64,000 bases of DNA, taken from contig WQWD01000001.1 of the NCBI GenBank assembly GCA_009785545.1, forward strand, positions 1,344 to 65,343, written 5' to 3'. This DNA is from Treponema sp. (GTDB taxonomy: Bacteria > Spirochaetota > Spirochaetia > Treponematales > Breznakiellaceae). The notes under the pieces are model-generated. The model was not told where the DNA came from, ran no database searches, and was given only the letters and a program-made list of their open reading frames with translations. The stretch's first letter is position 1. Every line of letters starts with the position of its first letter. Positions 1-13,886 of this stretch are shown here, in pieces. The position numbers and the translations under genes were made by a program.

Positions 1-1146
1 ATCATCCTTGCCCGAGAGCGAATGAGCGGCCGAGTTGCCACCGCTTCCGCCCCTGCTGTAGAACGCAGACAAACAGGGCAATTTCCCCATTGGGCGCAAG
101 GCTCGTGGATGTTGACAAGAAACATAACAACAGGTGAAGGCACTTTAATCAGGATATTTCTTCGCAGTGATCAATTTACATTTATACAGCTTCGACCATC
201 AAACAATGAAACAAGCCTGATGGACGTTATTGTTTACGGCGGCTATGTAAGCCGCTCTTTGCCGATACCAGTTCCTTTTGAGCGTTTATACACAAAACCT
301 TTAAACGATATTTTGAGGCTTGTAGAAGGAAGGTTCCCAATCAGGTACTTCGAGCCGGATCCTGCCCTTTACAGAGATACCCGCACTTTTGTAGCAAATG
401 TACGCCAACATCTTGGTTCGCTCAAGTTTGCCGATGACGGAGCAATCGACGAAAACGGAAACTTTGTTTTTATAGCTTCTTTGCAGGAGCAAAACCCTCA
501 GACGGCAGGGCTTAACTGTTCGGGGTTTGTCAAATGGCTTATCGATGGAATTCTGCGCCCTGTTACCGGAGAACGGCTGACCATCCCGCCTCTAAGAGAA
601 CCTTTCGGGGAGCGAGGTTCGTTGTTCACCGCTAACTGGGAAGAAAGACGTGACGTTTTTTTCGGCCTCGACTGGATCAGAAACCTGGCGGCAGAAGCAA
701 ACAGAACATTGCGTTCCCCCGAATTCAGCGCACTGGAAGAATTCGAAGTCCGCACTGGCAATTTTTCTTCCATTATGTTAAGCCAAAGAGGCAATTTGAC
801 AAGGATCTCTGCGCCGGGCTTTCTTTCTGAAGCCGGATTTGCCGTTGAAGTCTTACACCCACTGCTCTACACTCTCGCAATTGACGAACCTTTTAGTTTT
901 TTCCTGGCGGCGGTAAACAGAGAAATCGCCACTCCCAATCATATAAGCATAAGAGGCACGCCTCGCTTGCGCCAATATTTCCATGTAGCCGCCCTTGTCC
1001 CGTTTTTTGACGAGTTTGGCATTTTTAGAATTGCGGTATTCGAAAGCGCTGAAGAGACTTCATTTGACAGGTTTCGCCGCACCCATTCAGGCCGCCATGT
1101 CAATTTAGTGAAGATACCGATTTCGCCCAGATTTGAGCCGTTTTAA
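1..1146 (+). CDS. Hypothetical exported protein with NlpC/P60-like Cys-His motifs (5' end outside window)
   Basis: Frame is open from base 1. Contains GLNCSGFVKWL, then FHVAAL and VFES. Lys-poor like the exported proteins here. Confidence 0.6.
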   Translation: MILARERMSGRVATASAPAVERRQTGQFPHWAQGSWMLTRNITTGEGTLIRIFLRSDQFTFIQLRPSNNETSLMDVIVYGGYVSRSLPIPVPFERLYTKPLNDILRLVEGRFPIRYFEPDPALYRDTRTFVANVRQHLGSLKFADDGAIDENGNFVFIASLQEQNPQTAGLNCSGFVKWLIDGILRPVTGERLTIPPLREPFGERGSLFTANWEERRDVFFGLDWIRNLAAEANRTLRSPEFSALEEFEVRTGNFSSIMLSQRGNLTRISAPGFLSEAGFAVEVLHPLLYTLAIDEPFSFFLAAVNREIATPNHISIRGTPRLRQYFHVAALVPFFDEFGIFRIAVFESAEETSFDRFRRTHSGRHVNLVKIPISPRFEPF

Positions 1147-3091
1147 GATCGAAAAAAACTTCCAGCGAATTGTTAATCAGAAAACTCCCGTCATCCTTTG
1201 CTTCAACGGTAGGAGGCTGATATCTTATTTCCATTTCGGCACTGCGGCAAACGGCGCTTACCAAGACAGTTATTCCTTTTTTTAGGTTTCCTTCCAAAAT
1301 TGGAATCGCCGTATTAGGAAACAATATATTGAGGTTGGGTGATGGAATAAGTACTCTACCTGTCCTTTTTGAATTCTCTTCCATTCCAAGTATACATGAT
1401 GCGCCCCATGGAAACGAAACAAGAGTCTCATGGTCTTTCTGTGCATGATTGTTTGCCGGATAATCTTCGTTTTTTTCCGGGTTTCCCGGGTTTTCCGGGT
1501 GTACTTTCAATTTTCCCTGAACCCATGGCTCGATAAATCTTGAGACGGAAAAACCTCCCTCGGCGGACTGCAAAACCCTGCCGCTTTCAATTCGATGAAA
1601 ACGCAGATGCCATATCCCTGCGCAAACCAGTATTGTCGTTACTTTAACATCATTCCACGGCTGCCAGAGACTTGAAACCCAGCCAAAATTACCTGAAGTC
1701 TGCCCAACTCTTACATTGGAAACATCGTTTCTGTTTCTCCAAAAATTGTCTCCTTCGCTAAGAACAAGAGAAGAATCGCAAGCGGCTGTCTCAAGCCCGT
1801 AATTTCCAAGAGAAACACAAAATCCTGCTTTTGCCGAATAAACAAATTTACTGTACTTTGCCGCATTGTTATTCATCTCATATTTTATAGAATTTTTCCC
1901 GGAAGAAAAAAGCTGAGCATCTTCTCCGCTATTACAAATAATAAAACCTGGCACTTTATCTGTTAAAACATTTATTTTACCTGTATCACATAACGCAATA
2001 TTATCATCATATATTTTTGACCGGGAAGAAACCTCAGATTGCTTATATGGCGCTTCTTCGGCTTTCCAGAATGGGTGATCTTCTTTTAGCGCTAATACAA
2101 TCCACGCCTTCAATCCCCAATACGGAGAGCCCGGTGAATTGTAGATTTCAGACATAATAAGATTTGGATAATTGTAACCAACAGAAAGTATACCGCCGTT
2201 ATCAGTTATCGGAAGAGAAAACCATGATCTCAGATTTCTTAAAAAAAAGCCTTTTAATTCACCCCATGGAAGCACCGGTAAATCCGCAAAAGCACAGGCG
2301 GAAAAAAACGAGACCGCTCCAAAGCGGTAACATAAACTTCTGCCATAAGGCACAGACTCTCCGCTTGAAGTAAACCATGAAGTAAAATTCTTTGAAAATA
2401 AAAGCGCCCGTTCAATATAACGTTCAGAGTACTGCAGATTGTGCGCCCCTGCAAGTTTCGCCCAAATGAGACCATAGTAATGAAAGCCCATAGGGTTGTA
2501 AAGATCAAAATTTCCCGCAGATCCGTCTTCGTACCAACCATCCGCACGATACAAAGATTCTATTAAATCGAAAGATTCTTTTTCGGCATTTTCATTTACA
2601 GGTAACCCAAGTTCCCGAAAACAGGCACATACAAGTATGCGAAAAAAATGCCAGTTATTGGGAGGAAGTTCCCGTTTTTCGATAAAGGAAAGCCAGCGGT
2701 AGATATTTCCCTTTTCCTTTTGTGAAAGAATATCCCAAAAAGTTTTTTGAGTAAGCAACAAGAACAGAGCAATTGGAGCCATTTCAACAAGACGCTGATC
2801 TGCATTTCCGCTTTCACCCCAATACCCGCCGCAATCCGGGTTGGTTCCTTCTTTTAAAACCGAATGAACAAGCTCAATTTCAGAATAATCTCCTCCGCCT
2901 GCCACAAACGGCGCAATCCCCCAAAGCGTTCTTGCAAACCCCTCTATGGAAGCAATCTTGCAATCATTACGTGCGCCGGTATTTCCAAGATGATAACCCC
3001 CGGGAACAACATGGTTTTTCAACGGAGACAGCAGCTCAAGAAGATTTTGCTGCAAATCATCACGGTTAAGCAAAGGGTTTCTGCATAACAT
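1100..3091 (-). CDS. DUF2264-domain protein (GH154-like, putative beta-glucuronidase), cytoplasmic
   Basis: Motifs EGFARTLWG, DQRLVEMA, NNWHFF, GWYEDG..FDLYN..GFHYY, PYGRSLCYRF and YNSPGSPYW are typical of DUF2264. No signal peptide. Confidence 0.8.
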   Translation of the reverse strand: MLCRNPLLNRDDLQQNLLELLSPLKNHVVPGGYHLGNTGARNDCKIASIEGFARTLWGIAPFVAGGGDYSEIELVHSVLKEGTNPDCGGYWGESGNADQRLVEMAPIALFLLLTQKTFWDILSQKEKGNIYRWLSFIEKRELPPNNWHFFRILVCACFRELGLPVNENAEKESFDLIESLYRADGWYEDGSAGNFDLYNPMGFHYYGLIWAKLAGAHNLQYSERYIERALLFSKNFTSWFTSSGESVPYGRSLCYRFGAVSFFSACAFADLPVLPWGELKGFFLRNLRSWFSLPITDNGGILSVGYNYPNLIMSEIYNSPGSPYWGLKAWIVLALKEDHPFWKAEEAPYKQSEVSSRSKIYDDNIALCDTGKINVLTDKVPGFIICNSGEDAQLFSSGKNSIKYEMNNNAAKYSKFVYSAKAGFCVSLGNYGLETAACDSSLVLSEGDNFWRNRNDVSNVRVGQTSGNFGWVSSLWQPWNDVKVTTILVCAGIWHLRFHRIESGRVLQSAEGGFSVSRFIEPWVQGKLKVHPENPGNPEKNEDYPANNHAQKDHETLVSFPWGASCILGMEENSKRTGRVLIPSPNLNILFPNTAIPILEGNLKKGITVLVSAVCRSAEMEIRYQPPTVEAKDDGSFLINNSLEVFFDLKTAQIWAKSVSSLN

Positions 3092-3308
3092 GGCGTTAAA
3101 ACTCCTGTATTTACATTTTAAAATATCAAATTATTATTGCATTTCCATTACAATCGGCGTTTAATTTATATCATGTATAATGCAGTTTGTCAAAGTGATT
3201 TTTCAACAAATTCGTGGAAATTGGGATATATATGAGAAAAATACCATAATCAGAGGCATTGATTTATCTAAAATAATCTGATAATTTAAAAAATAACAAG
3301 GACATTTG

Positions 3309-6300
3309 ATGTTATATCCCAAAAATTCAAGTTCATTAAAAGATGAAGATTTTAGAAATCCCTCAAGCGAATATAAGGCTGCGCCTTTTTGGGCGTGGAA
3401 TACAAAGCTCGATAAAGAAGAACTTATCCGTCAGATAGAAGTTTTTAAGGAAATGGGTTTTGGCGGTGTCCATATTCATGTTCGTATTGGAATGGCTACC
3501 GAGTATCTTGGTAATGAATTCATGGACATTGTAACCGCTTGCGTAGAAAAAGCACATCAGGAAAAAATGCATATATGGCTCTATGATGAAGATCGATGGC
3601 CTTCTGGCGCAGCAGGCGGAATTGTTACAAAAAATAATGATTATCGTATTAAGCATCTTCTTCTTACAAGGCATCCATACGGAGTGGCTGTAGATATGCC
3701 TATACAAAGATGGTCAAGAGTTTTTTTCGGAAGAACCGAAAATGGTGAACTTCTTACTTGTTTTGATGTGATTCTTGACAATAACGGCAATCTTGTTTCC
3801 TATAAAAAAATTAACGAAAACAGCACTCCTCGCGGCTTTAAACTTTATGCATATATTGAAACAGCCGAATCAACTCCATGGTATAACAATCAAGCATATG
3901 TGGACATACTAAATCCTGAAGCAATCAAAGAATTTATTAAAATTACTCATGAACGTTATGCAAAACGTTTACAAAAATATTTCGGTAACGTAATTCCTGC
4001 AATTTTTACCGATGAACCTCAATTTGCACAAGGCACTCTTCTTCACGCCCTTGATAGCTGCGATGTTACCTTGCCATGGACAAGAGATATTCCGGTAACC
4101 TACAGCAATGCGTATAACGGGGAAGACCTTATTGCCGGACTGCCGGAGTTAATCTGGGAGTTAGCTGACGAAAAGGTTTCGATAATTCGCTATCGTTTTC
4201 ACAATCATATTACAGAACTTCTTGTGTCGGCATTTTTTGATCAATGCGGTCAATGGTGTGAAGAACATAATCTTCTGTTTACAGGTCACATGATGGCAGA
4301 ACCTTCTTTGGATGGTCAGACGTATGCCGTAGGGGAAGTCATGCGCTCCTATCGCTCTTTCGGGCTTCCCGGTATTGATTTGCTTTGCGATGCCAGAGAA
4401 TTCACTACCGCAAAGCAGGCTCAATCATCAGCCAGGCAATATGGCAGAGCAGGCGTTCTCTCGGAACTATACGGTGTGACAAATTGGGATTTTGATTTCC
4501 GCAGCCAAAAACTACAAGGAGACTGGCAAGCTGCTCTGGGGATAAGCGTGCGTGTACCGCATCTTTCATGGGTTTCCATGAACGGCGAAGCAAAAAGAGA
4601 TTATCCCGGAACCTTTAGTTATCAGGCTCCTTGGCATAAGGAATATCCCTATATTGAAAATCATTTTGCACGCCTTGCAACAGTTCTTACAAGAGGAAAA
4701 GCAGTTTGTCGAATTGGGGTTATTCACCCAATTGAAAGTTATTGGCTGCGTTGGGGGCCTAGTAAAAACACAGAAACCGTAAGAAAATCCATGGACGAAA
4801 AATTCATTACATTATGCGATTGGCTCTTGCGTAGTCTAATTGATTTTGATTATATCTGCGAATCCACACTTCCTGAGCAAAGCAATATTTCCGTAATAGA
4901 AAAAAAGTTTCCGGTTGGTAAAATGACTTATGATGCAATCATCATTTGCGGTATGGAGACAATGCGTTCAACTACAATTGAATATCTGGAAAAATTTCAT
5001 AATATGGATGGGAAACTGATTTTCGCAGGCACTCCTCCTACTCTTATTGATGCTGTCCCAAATGAAAAAATAAAAAAACTATGTGGAAAGAGTACACGAT
5101 GCGCTTTTGACAGGCAGGCAATCCTTAATACACTGGAAGAATTCCGTACCGTACAAATATATGAAGGGAACGGTGCGCAATCACACAGATTTCTTTACCA
5201 AATGCGGGAAGAACGCAATTTAGATAATTATCTTGAAAATCAATGGCTTTTTATTTGTCATGCCGATAAAGAGGCAAATAAAGATACTCCTCACTCCGAT
5301 GATTATCGAATTCAAATCCGTGGAGAATGGGAACTAACTGAATACAGTACTGTTAATGGAACTAAAAATAACCTTCAAGCGGAAATTTTGGATGGCTGGA
5401 CAATATTAAAAGCAAAATTATGGGATCACGACAGCATACTAATTAAACTTACACAACATACTCGGCTTATAAAAATTGCGCATACTGATGGATTTTCAGC
5501 AATCAGCAAACCAGCAGTAAAGAAATCAAGCATAGACACCCCAGTACGTTTTTTGGATCCGGTTCCAGTAACCCTTCATGAGCCCAATGTTCTGTTACTC
5601 GACATTGCCGAATTTGCGCTGAACAATGAAGATTGGCGGGACAGGGAAGAAATTCTCAGAATCGACAATACTCTACGGAAAGAACTGGGCTGGCTTTTAA
5701 GAGGGGATTCTGTGGCACAACCTTGGGTAGAATGCGATACATCTGCGCCACATATTTTGCGTTTACGTTACAAATTTAAAAGCGAAATACCAATTATGAA
5801 TGCAGAACTTGCTTTGGAAAATGCAGAGATTACCGAAGTTATGATTAATGATAAAGCTGCAGATAAAGTTTATGGCTGGTATGTAGATAAAAGCATCGGC
5901 AAGGTAAGGCTTCCTGAAATTAAAGCAGGAATAAACACACTGGAATTAAAAATGCCATTTGGAAAAAACGTTAATGTTGAGTCTTGTTATCTTCTAGGCG
6001 ATTTCAGCGTTAAGGTTCATGGTATACACTGCACACTTGGCTCTCCTGTAAAAACCCTTGCATTTGGAGATATTACCCGTCAAGGGCTGCCTTTCTACGG
6101 CGGTAACCTAACTTACCATTTAGAAGTAGAATCCTTAGCCACCCCCTCCTATTCTACCATACACATAGAAGCTTCTTCTTACAGATTTATGCTGTTAAGA
6201 GCATCGTTAGATGGCATTGATCAGGGAGTTATAGCAACCGCTCCATACAGACTTTCTATGAAATGCTCCACTCCAGGTAAACACAAAATCGATCTTACCG

Positions 6301-6467
6301 GTTTTGGCTGCCGGGTAAATACTTTCGGACAGCTTCACAATAACCAAGATCGTGGCAAATTTTGGTGGGGACCAAATTCATGGCGTACAACAGAAAGTGC
6401 ATGGACTTATGAATACAGATTTTGGGCACAGGGAGTGTTAAAATCACCAGAAATTTGGTCTGAATAG
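3309..6467 (+). CDS. GH106-like glycoside hydrolase (putative alpha-L-rhamnosidase), cytoplasmic
   Basis: Motifs APFWAWN..L..EELIRQI..FKEMGFGG, WLYDEDRWPSGAAGG, IFTDEP, PGIDLL and LSELYG. ATG 3309 preferred over TTG 3306 from AAGGA spacing. Confidence 0.7.
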   Translation: MLYPKNSSSLKDEDFRNPSSEYKAAPFWAWNTKLDKEELIRQIEVFKEMGFGGVHIHVRIGMATEYLGNEFMDIVTACVEKAHQEKMHIWLYDEDRWPSGAAGGIVTKNNDYRIKHLLLTRHPYGVAVDMPIQRWSRVFFGRTENGELLTCFDVILDNNGNLVSYKKINENSTPRGFKLYAYIETAESTPWYNNQAYVDILNPEAIKEFIKITHERYAKRLQKYFGNVIPAIFTDEPQFAQGTLLHALDSCDVTLPWTRDIPVTYSNAYNGEDLIAGLPELIWELADEKVSIIRYRFHNHITELLVSAFFDQCGQWCEEHNLLFTGHMMAEPSLDGQTYAVGEVMRSYRSFGLPGIDLLCDAREFTTAKQAQSSARQYGRAGVLSELYGVTNWDFDFRSQKLQGDWQAALGISVRVPHLSWVSMNGEAKRDYPGTFSYQAPWHKEYPYIENHFARLATVLTRGKAVCRIGVIHPIESYWLRWGPSKNTETVRKSMDEKFITLCDWLLRSLIDFDYICESTLPEQSNISVIEKKFPVGKMTYDAIIICGMETMRSTTIEYLEKFHNMDGKLIFAGTPPTLIDAVPNEKIKKLCGKSTRCAFDRQAILNTLEEFRTVQIYEGNGAQSHRFLYQMREERNLDNYLENQWLFICHADKEANKDTPHSDDYRIQIRGEWELTEYSTVNGTKNNLQAEILDGWTILKAKLWDHDSILIKLTQHTRLIKIAHTDGFSAISKPAVKKSSIDTPVRFLDPVPVTLHEPNVLLLDIAEFALNNEDWRDREEILRIDNTLRKELGWLLRGDSVAQPWVECDTSAPHILRLRYKFKSEIPIMNAELALENAEITEVMINDKAADKVYGWYVDKSIGKVRLPEIKAGINTLELKMPFGKNVNVESCYLLGDFSVKVHGIHCTLGSPVKTLAFGDITRQGLPFYGGNLTYHLEVESLATPSYSTIHIEASSYRFMLLRASLDGIDQGVIATAPYRLSMKCSTPGKHKIDLTGFGCRVNTFGQLHNNQDRGKFWWGPNSWRTTESAWTYEYRFWAQGVLKSPEIWSE

Positions 6468-6480
6468 TACTCACGCTAAT

Positions 6481-9502
<3,022 letters not shown>

Positions 9503-9536
9503 AAAACCTCCATAAAATAATTTAAAACTAAAATAT

Positions 9537-10457
9537 CTATCCTTTTACTGCGCCAATCGCAATACCGGAAATAAAATATTTTTGAACAAAAGGATACAAG
9601 AATATTATAGGTCCTGTTACAAGAACTGCAGTAGCCATCTGCAAGGTAACTGTAGGGATAAGACCTGTCTGAACAACCACCGAACCTGCCAGTGATTGGC
9701 GTAATGCCGCAGCCTCATTGACGATCCTGAAGAGGTAAAACTGCAGCGGTCTGAATTCACGATCAGGTAAATACAGCAGCGAGAGATACCATTCATTCCA
9801 GTAGCCCAAAGCAAGAAACAAACCGATAGTTGCCAAAGCCGGTTTCATCATTGGTAGTATCAGGTTCAAAAAAATTTTAAAATCGTTAGCTCCGTCAATT
9901 TTTCCGGATTCGGTAATTTCAATAGGTACAGACTTAACAAAATTACGCATTAAAATAATCAGCCAAGGAGTCATAAGCAGAGGCAATAAGACTGCGAGAT
10001 AGTTATTCCTGAGCTGGAGGTAACGCACCATCCAGAGAAATGTGGGAACCAAGCCTGCCGAAAACAGCGTTGTGAAATAGAAGAAAAATGACAACTTGTT
10101 TCTGAGAAAAAAATCCGGACGGCATAGAGCATAACCAGTCATAGCAATTATGAAAAGACCCAGTGTTGTACCCACTATAGTCATAGTAATTGTTACCACA
10201 TAAGAGCCTATCAAAACCCTTGGGTGTGTTAATAGTATATTATAAGCCTCAAAGTTGAATCCTCTTGGGAGAATACCTATTCCTTCAGTAGTAATAATAC
10301 TTTCATCACTTAACGATGCGGAAATCATCATTACAAAAGGCAACAAACAACAAATAGAAAAGAACGAGATAAAAACAAACGCAAAAATCAGGAGAGCTAT
10401 AGATGATTTTTCCCGCTTTACTTTTCCGGTATTTTTTTTCTTATTAAAATAATGCAT
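9537..10457 (-). CDS. Sugar ABC transporter permease (LplC/MalG type)
   Basis: EAA loop EITESGKIDGA, YWNEW, PFVQKYFISG. Start moved to ATG 10457, which overlaps the upstream stop. Confidence 0.9.
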   Translation of the reverse strand: MHYFNKKKNTGKVKREKSSIALLIFAFVFISFFSICCLLPFVMMISASLSDESIITTEGIGILPRGFNFEAYNILLTHPRVLIGSYVVTITMTIVGTTLGLFIIAMTGYALCRPDFFLRNKLSFFFYFTTLFSAGLVPTFLWMVRYLQLRNNYLAVLLPLLMTPWLIILMRNFVKSVPIEITESGKIDGANDFKIFLNLILPMMKPALATIGLFLALGYWNEWYLSLLYLPDREFRPLQFYLFRIVNEAAALRQSLAGSVVVQTGLIPTVTLQMATAVLVTGPIIFLYPFVQKYFISGIAIGAVKG

Positions 10458-11385
10458 AATCTTTTTCGATCCTCTTAATAATAGCATTTGCAGTAATTAC
10501 GATAATAAAACCGAATACAGATTGATATAGTCCCACGGCGGCAGCACTGGTAAAATTGAATTGATTCATAAGGCTGCGAAAGACAAATGTTTCAATAATA
10601 TCTGTAGTTGGTTGCAATATGGGATTCGCCGTTCCTACAAGATTGTAGAATAGACCGAAATTCCCCCTAAGAATACCTCCTAAGGAAAAAAGAATCAATA
10701 TAACCACAGTACGTCGAAGATGAGGCAGTATAATATACCGAATCCGTTGAAATGCACTAGCACCATCTATCGCTGCAGCTTCATAAATTCCTGGATCTAT
10801 TGCCATTATAGCGGCAAAATAAATTATAGAGCCGTATCCTGTAGATTGCCAAAGATGAACCAATACAATAATAAAAGGCCAAATAGCAGGGTTTCTGTAA
10901 AAACTTTCATGGGTTCCACCCATGGATTGTATTAAGTTGGGTATAAAACCATAATCGGAATTCAATATACCAAACGCCAAAAAACCAATCAAAACAGGAG
11001 AAATAAAGAAAGGTAAAAACATAATAGTCTGAGTAACTTTTTTGAATGTTCTTATTCCAATTTCATTGAGGAGTATGGCAACAAATATCTGCAAAAAATT
11101 ACCCAGCAGGATAAAAGCCAAGTTGTAAAGAATGGTATTTCTTGTTAATGCCCAAAGCTGCCCACTAAGGAACAAAAAGCGAAAATTATCAAATCCAACA
11201 AAGGGGCTCCCAAAAATCCCCAAATTATACCTGAAATTCGTAAAAGCAATATAAACACCAGGCATAGGGATGTAAGCAAAAACAATAAAAAACAATATGG
11301 CGGGGGTACACATGAGAATTAAAATTCTGTTATCCCATAATTTTTTTGCTAATCTATTTTTCCCATGTTGAACCTTTTGCTTCAC
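10444..11385 (-). CDS. Sugar ABC transporter permease (LplB/MalF type)
   Basis: EAA loop IYEAAAIDGAS..QRIRYI. GTG start with GGAGG RBS. Confidence 0.9.
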   Translation of the reverse strand: MKQKVQHGKNRLAKKLWDNRILILMCTPAILFFIVFAYIPMPGVYIAFTNFRYNLGIFGSPFVGFDNFRFLFLSGQLWALTRNTILYNLAFILLGNFLQIFVAILLNEIGIRTFKKVTQTIMFLPFFISPVLIGFLAFGILNSDYGFIPNLIQSMGGTHESFYRNPAIWPFIIVLVHLWQSTGYGSIIYFAAIMAIDPGIYEAAAIDGASAFQRIRYIILPHLRRTVVILILFSLGGILRGNFGLFYNLVGTANPILQPTTDIIETFVFRSLMNQFNFTSAAAVGLYQSVFGFIIVITANAIIKRIEKDYALF

Positions 11386-11424
11386 TAAACTTCCTCCATC
11401 AATATAATTTGAAACTTGCCAGAC

Positions 11425-13824
11425 TTAAAGCGTAACAACCACAGGCGGAAGTCCCGATATTAAGGCGGTCAAGGAACACTGCTCTTTCGTCAAACTGTCA
11501 ATCAGCACATAGATAACTAACCGCCCTAGGTAAAGATTCCGTCTTGTTGAGCTGTATTCCGTGCAATCAGCAATGTCTCCATTTTCCATGCCTAAAAACA
11601 GCCCCGAGCCGTTTACGGTAATATTAATAGCTGAATTGCACATAACACAAAGCCGCTGTTTTTCATCCAGTAATGCCGCTTCAATTTGGACAATCCTGTA
11701 TTTGCCAAACATATTTTTCTGTACAGTTTGATTATCTCCAGCAGGTTTCCATACATTAAGGCTTAACTGCACAGGTGGTAAAGTGGATTCGAGTGTATCT
11801 GTAGTGTCAATATCACCAACCCCTTTTACCATAAGAGTCCCACGCTCAAAGGGAATCGTCCAAAGGATATAATTGGTATCTTTATTGAGACTCCCTGTTC
11901 CAAGGCTTTTACCGTTAAGAAACAGTTCCGCCCTGTCAAGGTTTGTGTAGCAGACGACTTCGACGTCTTCATCTGGAAGATAATCCCAATTGCGTAATAA
12001 TTGATTTGGCTGAATTTCTTCACTGCCTTTATCTGCCGATTTGGGGCGGCTGGCAAGGTATAGAACAGGCTCTTTATTCCATAGGGCTTTTCGCCTGAAA
12101 TACGCAATTTTTTCATTTCCTGCCATGTCAAGGATCCCTGCTCCTGAACAACGAATCGGCCAGCCATGCGCTTCGCCCATGTAATCAATCCCTGTCCATA
12201 GGAACTGGGCACTGATGTAGTCATTGTCACACACAGCTTTCCATGAACTTATACTATGGCCAGTTTCACTACCCATGATTGGCAGGTTAGGAAAACGTTT
12301 ATGATCTTCTTCGTAGAGCTGTTCTTTATAATTATAACCAACAACATCCAAGCCATCAAAAAAGCCAAGTTTCGAAGACAGTTCCGGAAAAGCAGCGGCA
12401 ACCAGTACAGGTCTTGTTGTGTCGTATTTTTTAACAATTTTTACCAGATTGGCGGCAATTGTAGAAAGCCTTTCCATGTTTGGCTTGTTTCTATTATACT
12501 GTCTTTCCGCCGCCGGTTTATTTGCATCGTTGTTTCCAGTCATTTCTTTAAAAAGAGGATGCACGTAAGGATCGTTGGGGTAATCAATCTCATTCCCAAT
12601 ACTCCATAAGATCACACTGGGATGGTTACGGTTTTGCAGCACCATTGCGGCAAGGTCTTCCTCATGCCATTGAGGAAAATCTTCGGCATAACCTTGATGT
12701 TTTGGAGGATAGGCATTGTGCCCCTGCCACCATTTGTTTTTGCAACCTTCCCATTCGTCAAAAGCTTCATCCATTACCAAAAAACCCATCTCATCACAAA
12801 GTTCGTACAATTCCGGCATATGCTGGTTATGACTCATCCTTATTGCATTACAGCCTGTCTCTTTAAGCTTTTTAAGACGGCGTCGCCAAACTTCTGGCCA
12901 AACTGCAGCTCCAAGACATCCTGCATCATGGTGGACGCAGACCCCTTTAATCTTCGTTGGTTTGCCGTTAAGAAAAAATCCTTTCTCAGGATCAAGCTTT
13001 ATACTGCGAATACCAACTTGCAGGGCAGGCGTAACAGACAAAACTTCAGGTTTGCCTTCTATACGAAGTTCCAAAGCAAGAGTGTACAGATTTGGGTTTT
13101 CCGTTGACCAAAGCTCCGGCTGTAAAACTTCAATGTTCATATCAAAAGAGAGCGCTTCTGAACTATCGGGTGTGATGGGAATTGTTTCTGTAAACTCTAT
13201 ATCTTTTCGCTTTAGCACTGCAGTCAAAGCAAATGTACCTTTAGCGGCAAAGCCGCCGCATAGTTTGCCAGAGACAATCACTTTTGCAGAATTCCCCTCA
13301 AGCTCGCTTCGTACAAACAAGGAGGTATCATCAACATAGACAGCATCATAAAAACAAAGATACGCTTTCCGGTAAATACCTGAGCCGGTGTACCAGCGCG
13401 AGTCAGAAATATCTTCATGCGAAACCTTTACCGCAATTATATTATCACCTTCACGCAAACAATGAGTAATATCATATCTAAAACCTGCATAACCTGATGG
13501 CCGCTTACCCAAATAATACCCGTTACACCAAACCTGACTATTTTTATAAACACCATCAAAGTGAACAAAAACCTGCTCTCCTTGCCAATCTGAAGGAATA
13601 CTAAATGAGGTACGATACCAACCGGTTCCTCCAGGAAGATACCCGGTTCCACTGGAGTGAGCGGAAGAGAAAGGAAATGTAACTGCCCAGTCATGAGGGA
13701 CAACCACATCTTTCCATGGAGGAAGAGAATCGTCTGTATCAGGCTGCCACGATTCATCGTGGGAAAGATTTGACAACTGCGTACATAAGGCAAACTTCCA
13801 ATTTTGCAGTAAAAGTGTTTTCAC
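11425..13824 (-). CDS. GH2 beta-galactosidase, cytoplasmic
   Basis: Motifs VPHDW, FDGVYKNS.VWCNG, KGVCVHHDAGCLGAA, NAIRMSHN, RNHPSVILWSIGNE and FLWTGIDYMGE. Confidence 0.92.
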   Translation of the reverse strand: MKTLLLQNWKFALCTQLSNLSHDESWQPDTDDSLPPWKDVVVPHDWAVTFPFSSAHSSGTGYLPGGTGWYRTSFSIPSDWQGEQVFVHFDGVYKNSQVWCNGYYLGKRPSGYAGFRYDITHCLREGDNIIAVKVSHEDISDSRWYTGSGIYRKAYLCFYDAVYVDDTSLFVRSELEGNSAKVIVSGKLCGGFAAKGTFALTAVLKRKDIEFTETIPITPDSSEALSFDMNIEVLQPELWSTENPNLYTLALELRIEGKPEVLSVTPALQVGIRSIKLDPEKGFFLNGKPTKIKGVCVHHDAGCLGAAVWPEVWRRRLKKLKETGCNAIRMSHNQHMPELYELCDEMGFLVMDEAFDEWEGCKNKWWQGHNAYPPKHQGYAEDFPQWHEEDLAAMVLQNRNHPSVILWSIGNEIDYPNDPYVHPLFKEMTGNNDANKPAAERQYNRNKPNMERLSTIAANLVKIVKKYDTTRPVLVAAAFPELSSKLGFFDGLDVVGYNYKEQLYEEDHKRFPNLPIMGSETGHSISSWKAVCDNDYISAQFLWTGIDYMGEAHGWPIRCSGAGILDMAGNEKIAYFRRKALWNKEPVLYLASRPKSADKGSEEIQPNQLLRNWDYLPDEDVEVVCYTNLDRAELFLNGKSLGTGSLNKDTNYILWTIPFERGTLMVKGVGDIDTTDTLESTLPPVQLSLNVWKPAGDNQTVQKNMFGKYRIVQIEAALLDEKQRLCVMCNSAINITVNGSGLFLGMENGDIADCTEYSSTRRNLYLGRLVIYVLIDSLTKEQCSLTALISGLPPVVVTL

Positions 13825-13835
13825 AGGAATCTCCC

Positions 13836-13872
13836 AAACACCCTGTACCCATTAGCAAGATACAAGGTGTTT
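13836..13872 (-). promoter_or_regulatory. Intercistronic stem-loop just upstream of the GH2 ribosome-binding site
   Basis: Minus strand reads AAACACCTTGTA-13nt-TACAGGGTGTTT, with one G-U pair on the transcribed strand. Confidence 0.65.
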
Positions 13873-13886
13873 ATGCTTTTCTTAAA

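Noticed and set aside
1100-1146. 47-bp convergent overlap of the first two genes
   Set aside because: Short 3' overlaps are common, and there is no sign of a frameshift or special function.
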